From NCBI GenBank assembly GCA_027295805.1, contig JAPUKF010000333.1, forward strand, positions 1 through 43,336: DNA of 43,336 bases, read 5' to 3'. A program made the position numbers and the translations under genes. Every line of letters begins with the position of its first letter. Within the stretch, counting starts at the first letter, position 1. Source of the DNA: Acidobacteriota bacterium (GTDB lineage: Bacteria; Acidobacteriota; Polarisedimenticolia; SMYD01). Below are positions 1-9,793 of this stretch, in pieces. The notes under the pieces were generated by a model. That model had not been told where the DNA came from, made no database searches, and was given only the letters and a program-made list of their open reading frames with translations.

Positions 1-72
1 TTCCCCTGATTTCCCGGATCCCGAGTGAATCCGGCATGTCCAGAACTGTGTCTGCCTGCTTGCGGTCCAGGG

Positions 73-111
73 GTGGCGGTCTCTAGAATAAGAACTTCCG
101 GAGACCGCCAT
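73..111 (+). promoter_or_regulatory. Stem-loop that sequesters the Shine-Dalgarno and start codon of the DAHP synthase gene
   Basis: TGGCGGTCTC (74-83) pairs perfectly with GAGACCGCCA (101-110) across a 17-nt AT-rich loop. The 3' arm contains the GGAG at 100-103 and the A of the ATG at 110. Confidence 0.35.
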
Positions 112-1147
112 GCTCATCGTGATGGATCATCACTCCACAGCGGCACAGGTGAAGGCCGTGGTGCGCCGCATCGAGGATATGGGCTTCACCGCCAACCCCA
201 TCCCCGGCGAAAATCGGCTTGCCATCGGTATTACGGGGAATCCAGGGCCTCTGGACCCAGGCGACTTCGAGAGCCTGCCCGGGGTCCTGGAGGCCATCGC
301 CGTCACCCGGCCCTACAAGCTGGTCAGCCGGGAAGTGAAGCCTGAGTCGACGGTGGTGCGGGTGGGAGATGTGGAGGTCGGTGGTGAGGGTTTCATTGTC
401 ATTGCCGGTCCTTGCGCCGTGGAGAATGAGCGCCAGACCCTGACGGCCGCCCGGCAGGTGCGCGCGGCAGGAGCCCATATGCTGCGAGGTGGAGCGTTCA
501 AGCCCAGGACTTCGCCCTATTCGTTCCAGGGCCTGGGTCGCCCCGGTCTGGAGATCCTGCAGCGGGCCGGGAAGGAGACAGGGCTGCCGGTGGTGACGGA
601 GGCTTTGGATGAAGAATCACTCGGCCTGGTGGTCCAGTATGCCGATGTGGTCCAGATTGGGGCTCGCAACATGCAGAATTTTTCCCTTCTCAAACGGGCC
701 GGTCGCTGCGGCAAACCGGTCTTTCTGAAGCGGGGGATGTCGGCGACTCTGGATGAGCTTCTCATGGCGGCCGAGTACCTGGCAGCCGAGGGGAATTACG
801 GCATCATGCTCTGTGAGCGCGGCGTGCGCACATTCGGCACTCACTCCCGCAATACGCTGGATCTGTCCGTGGTGCCGGCAGCCCAGGATCAGTCCCACCT
901 GCCGATGTTTGTGGACCCAAGCCATGGCACGGGCCGGCGCGACAGGGTTGCACCCCTCGCCCGCGCCGGCCTGGCGGTTGGGGCTGACGGGCTCATGATC
1001 GAGGTCCACCCTGAACCGGACGCGGCCCTCTCCGACGGCCCTCAGGCTCTCTTGCCAGCCCAGTTCCAGGATCTCATGGATGTCCTTCGTCAGATGGCGC
1101 CGCTTCTCGGGCGCAAGCTGGCGCCGGCGAGGGGCACGTCCGCATGA
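110..1147 (+). CDS. aroF: 3-deoxy-7-phosphoheptulonate (DAHP) synthase, type I-beta, with an N-terminal ferredoxin-like/ACT-type regulatory domain
   Basis: The 345-aa ORF has an I-beta/KDO8PS-like core ([39 protein letters not shown]). It is preceded by about 90 aa resembling the Thermotoga-type regulatory domain. GGAG lies 6 nt upstream of the ATG. Confidence 0.9.
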   Translation: MLIVMDHHSTAAQVKAVVRRIEDMGFTANPIPGENRLAIGITGNPGPLDPGDFESLPGVLEAIAVTRPYKLVSREVKPESTVVRVGDVEVGGEGFIVIAGPCAVENERQTLTAARQVRAAGAHMLRGGAFKPRTSPYSFQGLGRPGLEILQRAGKETGLPVVTEALDEESLGLVVQYADVVQIGARNMQNFSLLKRAGRCGKPVFLKRGMSATLDELLMAAEYLAAEGNYGIMLCERGVRTFGTHSRNTLDLSVVPAAQDQSHLPMFVDPSHGTGRRDRVAPLARAGLAVGADGLMIEVHPEPDAALSDGPQALLPAQFQDLMDVLRQMAPLLGRKLAPARGTSA

Positions 1148-1989
1148 TCGGCGAGGCAGCCGACTCCTGGCAGGTTCTGCCGGCGGGTACCTTCGCCCTG
1201 GATGGGGGTGCCATGTTTGGCGTCGTGCCCCGTGTTCTCTGGGAGAAATTGCGCCCGCCGGACGGCGAACACCGGGTCCGCCTGGGCCTGAACTGCCTGC
1301 TTGTGCGCAGTGGGCAGCAGGTGATCCTCGTGGAGACCGGCATCGGTCGGATTGTGGACGCCACCTTTGGCCGCCGCCATGCGCCGTCGAATGAGGAAGG
1401 TCTGGCTTCCGCCCTGGCCGCCGCGGACCTGGAACCCGAAGATGTCACCGATGTGGTGAACACTCACCTGCACTGGGATCATGCCGGCGGAAACTGCCGG
1501 CGTCACGCAGATGGCTCCCTGGAGCCGGCCTTCCCCCGGGCGACGTACTATGTCCAGCGGGGCGAGTGGCAATTCGCCCGGCAGGCGTCCGCCAGGGTGA
1601 AGGGCTCCTACCGGGCCGATGACTTCGAGCCGCTGGCCAGGGCGGGACGGCTCCTCCTCCTGGACGGCCCCGCCACCATCGCTCCGGGTGTCCAGGTGCA
1701 GCCGGCGCCGGGGCATCTGCCCCATATGCAGGTGGTGACGGTACGCACAGAGGCAGGGACCCTTTTCTTCCCCTCGGACCTGGTGCCCACCCGGCATCAT
1801 CTGGCACCGGCATGGGGGATGAGCTTTGATTGTGAGCCGTTGGTGGTGGCGGCGGAGAAGGGGCGCTGGCTGGAACGCGCGGCACGCGAGGACTGGACCC
1901 TTCTTTTTTATCATGATGCGGACGTTCCCCTTGGCAGGGTCGAGTTTGCCGCCGGCCGCTGGAGCCTGCGGTCGGCAGAAGGAGATTGA
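1144..1989 (+). CDS. MBL-fold metallo-hydrolase
   Basis: The 281-aa ORF carries the HxHxDH motif ([10 protein letters not shown]) and later His/Asp ligand positions. Its start overlaps the aroF stop as ATGA. Confidence 0.8.
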   Translation: MIGEAADSWQVLPAGTFALDGGAMFGVVPRVLWEKLRPPDGEHRVRLGLNCLLVRSGQQVILVETGIGRIVDATFGRRHAPSNEEGLASALAAADLEPEDVTDVVNTHLHWDHAGGNCRRHADGSLEPAFPRATYYVQRGEWQFARQASARVKGSYRADDFEPLARAGRLLLLDGPATIAPGVQVQPAPGHLPHMQVVTVRTEAGTLFFPSDLVPTRHHLAPAWGMSFDCEPLVVAAEKGRWLERAAREDWTLLFYHDADVPLGRVEFAAGRWSLRSAEGD

Positions 1990-1991
1990 GC

Positions 1992-3206
1992 GTGGAAGCA
2001 ACCCTGGCCCTTGAGGATGGCCGTATTTTTCGCGGTCGCTCGTTCGGCGCCCCAGGCCGGCGGACCGGGGAGGTGGTCTTCAACACCTCCATGACCGGTT
2101 ATCAGGAGATCCTCACCGACCCTTCCTATTGTGGCCAGATTGTTGTCATGACCTACCCGCTCATCGGCAACTGCGGTGTCAACGACCAGGATGCGGAGTC
2201 GGCTGCTCCCAGGGTGGAAGGGCTCTGCGTGCGCGAATCCTCCCAGTTGCATTCCAACTGGCGCTCACGGAAAGATCTGCCCCAGTATCTGCGTGAGAAC
2301 CGCATCCCGGGTGTGACTGAAATCGATACCCGGGCGCTTACGCGCCACATCCGAAGTCAGGGGGCCATGCGGGGAGCCCTTGTGAGTGGAACGGGAACGG
2401 CTGAAGAAGCTGTGCGCCTGGCTCGTTCGGCGCCGCTCCTGGGGGATCTGGACCTGGTGGGTCGGGTGACCTGCGCCGCGCCTTATGCCTGGAGAGAGGG
2501 CCGGGATCCGGCCTGGCTCCTGGGGTCCGGTACCGCTGCGACGTTGGAAAAGCGCCGGGTGGTGGCCTACGATTTCGGGATCAAGCAGAATATCCTGCGT
2601 CACCTGGTGGATCTGGGCTGTGACGTCACCGTGGTGCCGGCATCCTGGCCGGCAGAGGACACCCTGGCCATGAACCCTGACGGTGTTTTTCTGTCCAATG
2701 GCCCCGGTGATCCTGAGGCCGCCGGGGCGGCCGTGGACGTGGTGCGCTCCCTCATGGGGAAGATACCCCTCTTCGGGATCTGCCTCGGTCACCAGATCCT
2801 GGGCCTGGCTCTGGGTGGCGCCACATTCAAGCTGAAGTTCGGCCACCGCGGCGGCAATCACCCGGTGCGAGACCAGCGCAGTGGCAAGATTGCCATCACA
2901 GCCCAGAACCATGGCTATGCCGTGGATGCCCGCAGTCTCCCTGCGGCTGTGGAGGTGACCCACGTCAATCTCAACGACGGGACTTGCGAGGGCTTTCGTC
3001 ACCGCGACCTGCCCTTGTTTGCGGTCCAGTATCACCCCGAGGCGGCCCCGGGTCCGCACGATGCCGGCGGCCTGTTTCGTGACTTCCGGGACCTCATGGC
3101 CGAGGGGGAGCCATCCCGCGATGGGGAGCCGGAGCGGCTGCCCGCCGATGACCTGGGCCGCCTGATCTCCGATTCCAAAGGCCGCCGCCGGGAGGGCGGC
3201 AAGTGA
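1992..3206 (+). CDS. carA: Carbamoyl-phosphate synthase small (glutamine amidotransferase) subunit
   Basis: Has the CarA N-terminus ([32 protein letters not shown]) and the GATase triad region (GICLGHQ, QYHPE). I prefer the GTG at 1992, which has AAGGAG 7 nt upstream, over the ORF-track TTG at 1986. It has a roughly 40-aa charged C-terminal extension, and no carB follows. Confidence 0.9.
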   Translation: MEATLALEDGRIFRGRSFGAPGRRTGEVVFNTSMTGYQEILTDPSYCGQIVVMTYPLIGNCGVNDQDAESAAPRVEGLCVRESSQLHSNWRSRKDLPQYLRENRIPGVTEIDTRALTRHIRSQGAMRGALVSGTGTAEEAVRLARSAPLLGDLDLVGRVTCAAPYAWREGRDPAWLLGSGTAATLEKRRVVAYDFGIKQNILRHLVDLGCDVTVVPASWPAEDTLAMNPDGVFLSNGPGDPEAAGAAVDVVRSLMGKIPLFGICLGHQILGLALGGATFKLKFGHRGGNHPVRDQRSGKIAITAQNHGYAVDARSLPAAVEVTHVNLNDGTCEGFRHRDLPLFAVQYHPEAAPGPHDAGGLFRDFRDLMAEGEPSRDGEPERLPADDLGRLISDSKGRRREGGK

Positions 3207-4165
3207 TATTGAAGAGGGGTCTGGCTCGTGCTGTTCTGCTTGTGGCGTTGGCAGCCGGCGCCTGGGGCTGCACGGCCGACCGCGCCGTTCCGCTGGCGGA
3301 GGGCCGGGCCACGGTCAGCCTCTCGGAACCCGCCCGTTTCTACGCCGTCGGGGATGCCGTGTCTCTGAAAGTGAGCGTCTTCAACCGGTCTGAGCAGGCC
3401 CTGGTCGCAGACGCCGACCTGTGGGGCGGTGCGCGGTTTGTCCTGGAGGACAGCACTCTGCAGACTCACAAGCCCCAGCCCGTGGATACCGACAAGGAGG
3501 ATCGCCTCGCACCGGGCCAGCGGACCTCCCGATCGGTGGACATGGCCAGTATCTTCCCCGGGCTGGCCCAGCCGGGGGATTATCGGTTGACGGCGGTATT
3601 CCCCACCTACCGCTCGAATACCGTGGCCATCAAGATCATCCCGGCCTACGCTTCCCAGGTCGCCTATGAGGCGGCCGTGATCACGGATCGAGGGACTTTT
3701 ACCCTGGGGTTTTTCCCTGAAGTCGCGCCGCAGCATGTGCGCAACTTCATCGGTTTGGCGCGCTCGGGATACTATGACAACATCATCGTTCATCGGGTCA
3801 TGCCCGGGATCATGTTCCAGACAGGGGACCCCACCAGCAGCGGCCGGGGTGGGCCGGGCTGGACCCTCCAGGCGGAGTTCAATGAGAGGCCCCACGTGCG
3901 TGGAACCCTCTCCATGGCCCGCCAGTCCGGGAATCCTGACTCGGCGGGCGGGCAGTGGTTCATCTGCCTGGATCGGGCTTCCCAGTGGGACGGGCAGTAC
4001 ACGGTGTTCGGCCACGTGCTGGCGGGGATGGATACGGTGGATCGCATCGGCCACATCCAGGTCAAGGAAGAGGTCCCCCAGGAAGTGGTGACCATTGAAC
4101 GGGTGGTGATCTCGGAGCAGGCCGGTGCCGACGGCCATGGCCCCGCTGGAGGACCGACATCTTGA
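3203..4165 (+). CDS. Lipoprotein peptidyl-prolyl cis-trans isomerase (cyclophilin type) with an N-terminal beta-rich domain
   Basis: Signal peptide with lipobox (LAAGAWGC). The C-terminal half matches cyclophilin ([34 protein letters not shown]). Its GTG overlaps the carA stop as GTGA. Confidence 0.85.
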   Translation: MILKRGLARAVLLVALAAGAWGCTADRAVPLAEGRATVSLSEPARFYAVGDAVSLKVSVFNRSEQALVADADLWGGARFVLEDSTLQTHKPQPVDTDKEDRLAPGQRTSRSVDMASIFPGLAQPGDYRLTAVFPTYRSNTVAIKIIPAYASQVAYEAAVITDRGTFTLGFFPEVAPQHVRNFIGLARSGYYDNIIVHRVMPGIMFQTGDPTSSGRGGPGWTLQAEFNERPHVRGTLSMARQSGNPDSAGGQWFICLDRASQWDGQYTVFGHVLAGMDTVDRIGHIQVKEEVPQEVVTIERVVISEQAGADGHGPAGGPTS

Positions 4166-4216
4166 CTCCCACGGTCTCATCTGTGGCCACGTGTTCTCCT
4201 ATGTTATTGTTGCCGC

Positions 4217-6454
4217 ATGTCTAGAACCATGCTGATCAATGTCACCCAGGCCGAAGAGAGCCGGGTGGCTATCGTTGAAGATGGTCTGCTTGAATGGATC
4301 GAAATCGAGACCGGTAGCCGGGAAAAGCTCAAAGGGAATATCTATAAAGGAGTTGTGGAGAACGTCAACAGTTCTTTGCAGGCTGCGTTTGTGGGCTTTG
4401 CCAATGGTCGCACCGGCTTCCTGCCGCTGGATGAGGTGAACTTTCGCACCTTCCCACCCCGCCGCCGCGCCGCTAGCGGCCGTCCCGGCACAGGTAAACC
4501 GCGCATCTCCGATGTGTTGAAGGTCGGGCAGGAAATGCTGGTCCAGGTGACCCGTGAACAGTTCGCCAGAAAGCCGCCGAGCCTCTCGACGTTTTTCTCT
4601 TTCCCTGGCCGATTCCTTGTTCTGCTGCCCGGCAGCGACTCCTCCGGTATATCACGGAAGATCGAGGATGAAGCGGGTCGCGAGCGGCTGAAGAAAATCA
4701 TCAAGGAACTGGCGGTGCCTGAAGGCGTCGGCGTCATCGTGCGCACGGCAGGTCTGGACCAGACCAAGACAGCCCTGGCCCGCGATATGCGCTATCTGTC
4801 ACGCCTGTGGGGGCAGATCGAAAAAGCAGCGGCCAAGGCCAAGGCTCCCAGCCTGATCTACCGCGAGCGGGACCTGGTCCTGCGGGCCATCCGGGATCTC
4901 TTCACTCCGTCCATCAAAGAAGTCCTCATCGATGACGAGGAGACCTATAAGAGGGCCCTGGCCTATTTCAAGAGCATCATGCCGGGCAAGCAAAAGCGGG
5001 TCACTTATTACAGCGGTGACGCGCCACTGTTCAGCAAGCATAATCTCGAAGATCAGATCGAAAATATCTATAAGCGTCAGGTTCCTCTCAAGTCGGGTGG
5101 TGCCATTGTCATTGACACCACGGAGGCGCTGACTTCCATCGATGTGAACTCCGGCCGGACTCGCGAATCGACCATTGAAGAGACGGCCTGCCGGGCCAAT
5201 ATCGAGGCGGCCAGTGAACTTGCCCGCCAGTTGCGCCTGCGGGATATCGGTGGGCTGGTGGTCATCGACTTCATCGACATGCGCTCGCGCGGCAACATCC
5301 GCACAGTGGAGAAGACCCTGCGGGATGCCATGCGCCAGGATAAAGCACGACACGACATGACCCGGATCAGCAAGCTGGGCCTGCTGGAGATGTCCCGCCA
5401 GCGGTTGCGCGCCACCACGGCCTCATCCACCTACCAACCCTGCAAGGAGTGTGAAGGGAACGGAGTGGTCAAAACGGTGGAGTCGGCGGCGGTTGCTCTC
5501 CTGCGCCGTATCCACGCCCGCTGCGCCCGCAGCGATCTGGCTCGGGTCAAGGTGATCCTGCCGGCGGAAGTGGCCAGCTATCTCCTGAATCGCAAGCGTG
5601 ACGAATTGCTGCGGGTGGAACAGCGCTACCAGACCGAGATTCTCATCATGACCCAGCCCGGGATGAGAGCCGGCGACCTGCAGGTGGACGTGGAGCCGCG
5701 ATCTGCCGTGGACGCCAAGGAGCGCAAGGCGGCCCGTGGGGAAGAGCCCCGGGTCAAGCACAGCGAGATGGATGAATCCCGGGAGCGGGATGAGAAGCGC
5801 CGGCGGCGCGGGCGAAAGCGGCGTCGGAACGGTGCTGGTGAAGTTGAGCGGGGGGAAGAGATTCTCCAGGGAGTGGCCCCAGCGGACGAGGCTCCCGTCG
5901 CGGCGCTGACCGATGAGAGTCTCGACGCGCCTGCACCCCGAAACAAGCCGGCAGAATCTTCCACTTCCTCCAAGGGACGGCGTAGCCGCGGCGGCCGCTC
6001 CCGGACCACGCGCAAGAAACCCGCCAGTTCCCGGACCGCCGCGCCGGCAGCGGCCAGCGAAGGGTCCGCCCCCGACACCGCTGCCTCCCCTCTGGCTGCC
6101 GTTGCTCCTCCTGAGCCCCCCCCGGCGGAGAACCTGGCCGAGGCTGAAAAGAGTGCGTCGCCGGGCGAGTCGGGGAACGATGCAGAGAGCCAACAAACGG
6201 GAGCAAGGACCCCCCGGCGCCGAGGACGGCGGGGAGGGCGTGGAAGGCGGGGAGGCCGGGGCCGGAAACAGGCTGGAGCGCTTGCGGCGGACTCGCCTGC
6301 CGGTGAGGCCAAGGGCGAAGTGTCCGACGTGGCGGCCACTGCGTCGTCGGAAACCAGGTCGACCACTGGGCAGGACAAGGCACTTCCCGCTGTCGAGAGC
6401 CCGACGCGAGAAGAACCGTCCGATGGCCCGGCGGCAGGTTCGTCTTCGGTCTGA
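4217..6454 (+). CDS. Rne/Rng-family ribonuclease (RNase E/G) with a roughly 240-aa disordered Arg/Pro/Ala-rich tail
   Basis: Has an N-terminal S1 domain (GNIYKGVVENV..LQAAFV), the catalytic region (IVIDTTEALTSIDVNSG) and a Zn-link (CKECEGNG). The C-terminus is low complexity with RRRRGRKRRR and [18 protein letters not shown] blocks. Confidence 0.9.
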   Translation: MSRTMLINVTQAEESRVAIVEDGLLEWIEIETGSREKLKGNIYKGVVENVNSSLQAAFVGFANGRTGFLPLDEVNFRTFPPRRRAASGRPGTGKPRISDVLKVGQEMLVQVTREQFARKPPSLSTFFSFPGRFLVLLPGSDSSGISRKIEDEAGRERLKKIIKELAVPEGVGVIVRTAGLDQTKTALARDMRYLSRLWGQIEKAAAKAKAPSLIYRERDLVLRAIRDLFTPSIKEVLIDDEETYKRALAYFKSIMPGKQKRVTYYSGDAPLFSKHNLEDQIENIYKRQVPLKSGGAIVIDTTEALTSIDVNSGRTRESTIEETACRANIEAASELARQLRLRDIGGLVVIDFIDMRSRGNIRTVEKTLRDAMRQDKARHDMTRISKLGLLEMSRQRLRATTASSTYQPCKECEGNGVVKTVESAAVALLRRIHARCARSDLARVKVILPAEVASYLLNRKRDELLRVEQRYQTEILIMTQPGMRAGDLQVDVEPRSAVDAKERKAARGEEPRVKHSEMDESRERDEKRRRRGRKRRRNGAGEVERGEEILQGVAPADEAPVAALTDESLDAPAPRNKPAESSTSSKGRRSRGGRSRTTRKKPASSRTAAPAAASEGSAPDTAASPLAAVAPPEPPPAENLAEAEKSASPGESGNDAESQQTGARTPRRRGRRGGRGRRGGRGRKQAGALAADSPAGEAKGEVSDVAATASSETRSTTGQDKALPAVESPTREEPSDGPAAGSSSV

Positions 6455-6459
6455 TCTCC

Positions 6460-6981
6460 ATGGCAGACAAGCTCAGTCATCTTGACTCCCGGGGCGTGGC
6501 ACGAATGGTGGATGTCTCGGGCAAGGCCGTGACCCGGCGGGAGGCCGAAGCGGCGGCGCGAGTGACAGTCTCCCCGGAGGCTTTTCAGGCCGCCTGCGAG
6601 GGGCGGCTGCCCAAGGGAGATCTCCTCAGCGTGGCGCGCCTGGCAGGGATTGCTGCGGCCAAGCGAACTGCCGACTGGATTCCCTTGTGCCATCCGCTGC
6701 CCCTGGACCAGGTGCGGGTGGAGATTGTCGCCGACCATGGGGCATCCGCGTTCGACATCAGGGCGACCTGCGTGGCCGTTGCCCGCACCGGGGTCGAAAT
6801 GGAGGCTCTGGTCGCTGCTTCGGCGGCAGCCCTGGCTCTTTACGACATGATCAAGGCCATGGACAGGGCGGCGGTCATCGGCCCTGTGGGAGTGGTGCGC
6901 AAGAGCGGTGGCCGGCGAGGGGAGTACCTGCGTCCGTGGCCGCCGGCAGAGGACCCTGCCAGCGGCCCGGTGGTAGAATAA
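6460..6981 (+). CDS. moaC: Cyclic pyranopterin monophosphate synthase
   Basis: The 173-aa ORF has typical MoaC sequence (LSHLDSRGVARMVDVSGK, KGDLLSVARLAGI.AAKRT..IPLCHPL, TGVEMEAL). Confidence 0.9.
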   Translation: MADKLSHLDSRGVARMVDVSGKAVTRREAEAAARVTVSPEAFQAACEGRLPKGDLLSVARLAGIAAAKRTADWIPLCHPLPLDQVRVEIVADHGASAFDIRATCVAVARTGVEMEALVAASAAALALYDMIKAMDRAAVIGPVGVVRKSGGRRGEYLRPWPPAEDPASGPVVE

Positions 6982-7021
6982 AAGGGGCGCGGGACCGTTC
7001 GGCCGCAGCCAAGGAGACATC

Positions 7022-7210
7022 ATGTTCGGACTGGGAGTCCAGGAACTACTCATTATTCTGGCGATCCTGCTGTTGATCTTCGGCCCCAAACGACTGCCTC
7101 AACTGGGCAGCGCCCTGGGGCGGACAATCAAGGGCTTCCGCAAGGGGGTCCAGGAGTCTGACGAGAACGAATCCTCTGAGGACCCGCAGATCCCCAAGTC
7201 GTCACCCTGA
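7022..7210 (+). CDS. tatA: Twin-arginine translocase TatA/E family subunit
   Basis: The 62-aa ORF reads MFGLGVQELLIILAILLLIFGPKRLPQLG..G..IKGFRKG and has an acidic tail. AAGGAG lies upstream. Confidence 0.9.
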   Translation: MFGLGVQELLIILAILLLIFGPKRLPQLGSALGRTIKGFRKGVQESDENESSEDPQIPKSSP

Positions 7211-7215
7211 CAGCG

Positions 7216-8685
7216 GTGGAGTCAGTAGCCGGCCATGCCCGGCGGGCCGGGGCCCGCTCCTGCTTCTGCCTGGCAGTGGTGAGCCTGCTGGCCCTGGGCC
7301 TGGCCGCTCCCCAGGCCGAGTCAGGGTTGGCCATCTCTGCATCCCGGCCTTCCATTCTCCTCCTCTCCATCGATACGCTCCGTGCCGATCAACTGGGCCT
7401 CTACGGCTATCCACGCCCTACGGATCCCGCCCTGGCCAGGGCGGTAGGCTCTTTCACCCTGTTTACAGCTGCCTTCACGCCCATTCCCCTCACCGTGCCG
7501 GCCCACGCCTCCCTGCTCACCGGCTTGCATCCGCGGGAGCTTGGCCTCCTGAACAATCGCCAGGGCCTCGCTCCCGATCATCCCGGTGCGACCCTTGCCC
7601 AGCGCCTGAAAGCCGCCGGGTATCGAACCGCCGCGGTTGTGGGAAGCGGAGTCCTGGCCGGGGGTCCGACCGGATTGGGGAGGGGGTTCGATATCTATCT
7701 CGATCCCGCACCCGGTGAGGCCACGACGCGCCGCACCGCCGCCGAGGTCAATGCTGCAGTGGCCCCGCTGCTGGAGATGGGCGAGGAGCCCCTGTTCCTC
7801 ATGGTCCATTACTACGATGTCCACGAGCCTTACATCGTTCCTGACCGGCTGGCCTGCCTCCTGCGGGCAGATCCGGTTCTGGAAGACGTGCTGGAGCAGC
7901 GCCGGCTGCGGGGAGTGGCTTATAGCAAGGTTTTGAACCGGCGGCGCACGGAACCGCTGCGGCGACAGGGGAGCGAGATCACCTTGAGGGAAATGGTGGC
8001 GCAGTATGACGCAGCCGTTCGCCTTGCCACGGATCAGGCCGCCCTCCTTCTGGAGATGTGGGATGCCAGCCGATCCGGTCCGGAGAGCCTGGTCATCGTG
8101 ACATCGGATCACGGTGAAGGGCTGGGACAGCATGGCTACTGGTCCCATGGCATGAACCTGTTCGACGAAACCCTGCGAGTGCCCCTCCTGGTGCGCTGGC
8201 CCGCCGCCCCGCGGGCCTCTCGCCGCCAGTTGGGGCAGGTCTCTCTCCTGGATGTGGCGCCAACGGTTCTGGCCGCCGCCGGTCTGGAGGCGCCGCAAGA
8301 CCTCCCTGGCAGGGATTTGCGCCAGGTGGTGGCGGCCGGTGGCGACGTGGCGCGGCAGCCGCTGGTTGCCCAGAGAATGCGTTACGTGCCGGCCCAGCGC
8401 CCTCCCGGCCTGCGCAACTGGCGGGCGGGAGACGGGTTTGCTGTTCTTGACGGCCCATTGAAGTACATCGAAGAAGAGGAAGGACCGCCGACTCTTTATG
8501 ACCGTGCCGCCGACCCTCTGGAAGTGAATGATCTCCTGCGACGTCTCCCCGGCAGGCGCGCACAATTTCACAATGTTCTGGCCGCCTGGATCGCCCGGTA
8601 TCCCGATCGCCTGGTCTGGCCGCCACAGGCCGTGGACCCGGAGCGTGTCCGCATCCTGCGCAGTCTAGGTTACGTCGATCGCTGA
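7216..8685 (+). CDS. Secreted sulfatase-like hydrolase/transferase (alkaline-phosphatase superfamily)
   Basis: Has a signal-like N-terminus, a metal-site motif (LLSIDTLRAD) and a TSDHGE motif. The nucleophile position reads T-V-P-A-H-A-S-L-L-T-G, i.e. Thr rather than the Cys/Ser-x-P-x-R of true sulfatases. The GTG start is uncertain. Confidence 0.75.
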   Translation: MESVAGHARRAGARSCFCLAVVSLLALGLAAPQAESGLAISASRPSILLLSIDTLRADQLGLYGYPRPTDPALARAVGSFTLFTAAFTPIPLTVPAHASLLTGLHPRELGLLNNRQGLAPDHPGATLAQRLKAAGYRTAAVVGSGVLAGGPTGLGRGFDIYLDPAPGEATTRRTAAEVNAAVAPLLEMGEEPLFLMVHYYDVHEPYIVPDRLACLLRADPVLEDVLEQRRLRGVAYSKVLNRRRTEPLRRQGSEITLREMVAQYDAAVRLATDQAALLLEMWDASRSGPESLVIVTSDHGEGLGQHGYWSHGMNLFDETLRVPLLVRWPAAPRASRRQLGQVSLLDVAPTVLAAAGLEAPQDLPGRDLRQVVAAGGDVARQPLVAQRMRYVPAQRPPGLRNWRAGDGFAVLDGPLKYIEEEEGPPTLYDRAADPLEVNDLLRRLPGRRAQFHNVLAAWIARYPDRLVWPPQAVDPERVRILRSLGYVDR

Positions 8686-8697
8686 ACCCGGCGAGGT

Positions 8698-8727
8698 TTG
8701 ACACTTCCGGAAGTACGGGGCTAATAT
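8698..8727 (+). promoter_or_regulatory. Sigma70-like promoter for the transsulfuration operon
   Basis: TTGACA (8698-8703), an 18-nt spacer, then TAATAT (8722-8727). It lies about 40 nt upstream of the GTG at 8770 and is AT-rich in a GC-rich background. Confidence 0.55.
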
Positions 8728-8769
8728 TCCCGTCCGCCTTCCACCCAAATTTCCTTCCGGGAGATCAAG

Positions 8770-9759
8770 GTGCACCAGCGACCGTACGAATCGATCCTCG
8801 ATCTGATCGGGCGGACCCCGGTTCTCCATTTGCGCAAGTTGAGCCCCGCAGGGTCCGCCAGGATCTATGCCAAGCTGGAGTTCCATAACCCCGGCGGCAG
8901 CATCAAAGATCGTCCGGCCCTGCAAATGGTTCTGGACGCCGAGGCCGCGGGATTGCTGCGCCCCGGTGCGACCATCATTGAACCGACCGCCGGCAACACC
9001 GGCATCGGCCTGGCCCTGGTGGGCGTCGCCAGGGGGTACCGCGTCATCGTTGTTGTACCTGTTGGGTTCAGCCGCGAAAAGTCCATGCTCATGGAGAGCC
9101 TTGGCGCCAGGGTGGTGCATACACCGGCCGCCGCACGGATGACCGGTGCCATCAAGGAGGCCCGGCGCCTTGCGGAGGCGATCCCTGGGGCCTTTGTACC
9201 GCAGCAGTTTGAAAACATGTCCAACCCGGAAGGCCATTACCGCACCACAGGGAGCGAGCTCTGGGAGCAGATGGAAGGCCGCATTGACGCCCTGACCATC
9301 GGCGCCGGCACCGGCGGGACGTTCACCGGCGTGGCCCGCTATGTGAAAGAGCGCAACCCCGACGCCGTGGCCATCCTGGTGGAGCCGGAAGGTTCCATCT
9401 TTTCCGGCGGCGAGCCGGGATGCCATCGGGTGGAGGGAATTGGCAATTCCTTCTGGCCGGAAGTCCTGGACCGCAGTCTTGTGGACGAAGTGATGATGAT
9501 TTCCGCTGAGGAGTCATATGCCATGGTGCGCCGGCTGGCCCGCGAGGAAGGCCTTCTGGCAGGGGGATCCTCCGGCGCCAATGTGGCAGCGGCCATAGCC
9601 GTGGCCCGGCGTCTGCCTGCCGCCGCCCGGGTCGTCACCATCATTCCCGACAGCATGGAGCGATATCTGTCCCGGGGCCCTGAGGGGGATGCCCGGGCAG
9701 CCTCTCTGAACACTACCGCCCTGGACGCGGCCTGGCCGGTCCGGCGCCCCGATCTCTGA
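8770..9759 (+). CDS. PLP-dependent cysteine synthase / cystathionine beta-synthase family enzyme
   Basis: The 329-aa ORF has typical CysK/CBS fold-type II motifs (LEFHNPGGSIKDRPA, EPTAGNTGIGLA, GAGTGGTFTG). Confidence 0.85.
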   Translation: MHQRPYESILDLIGRTPVLHLRKLSPAGSARIYAKLEFHNPGGSIKDRPALQMVLDAEAAGLLRPGATIIEPTAGNTGIGLALVGVARGYRVIVVVPVGFSREKSMLMESLGARVVHTPAAARMTGAIKEARRLAEAIPGAFVPQQFENMSNPEGHYRTTGSELWEQMEGRIDALTIGAGTGGTFTGVARYVKERNPDAVAILVEPEGSIFSGGEPGCHRVEGIGNSFWPEVLDRSLVDEVMMISAEESYAMVRRLAREEGLLAGGSSGANVAAAIAVARRLPAAARVVTIIPDSMERYLSRGPEGDARAASLNTTALDAAWPVRRPDL

Positions 9760-9793
9760 CGCGATTCTTCACGCGTCCCAGGAGTCAACAGCC

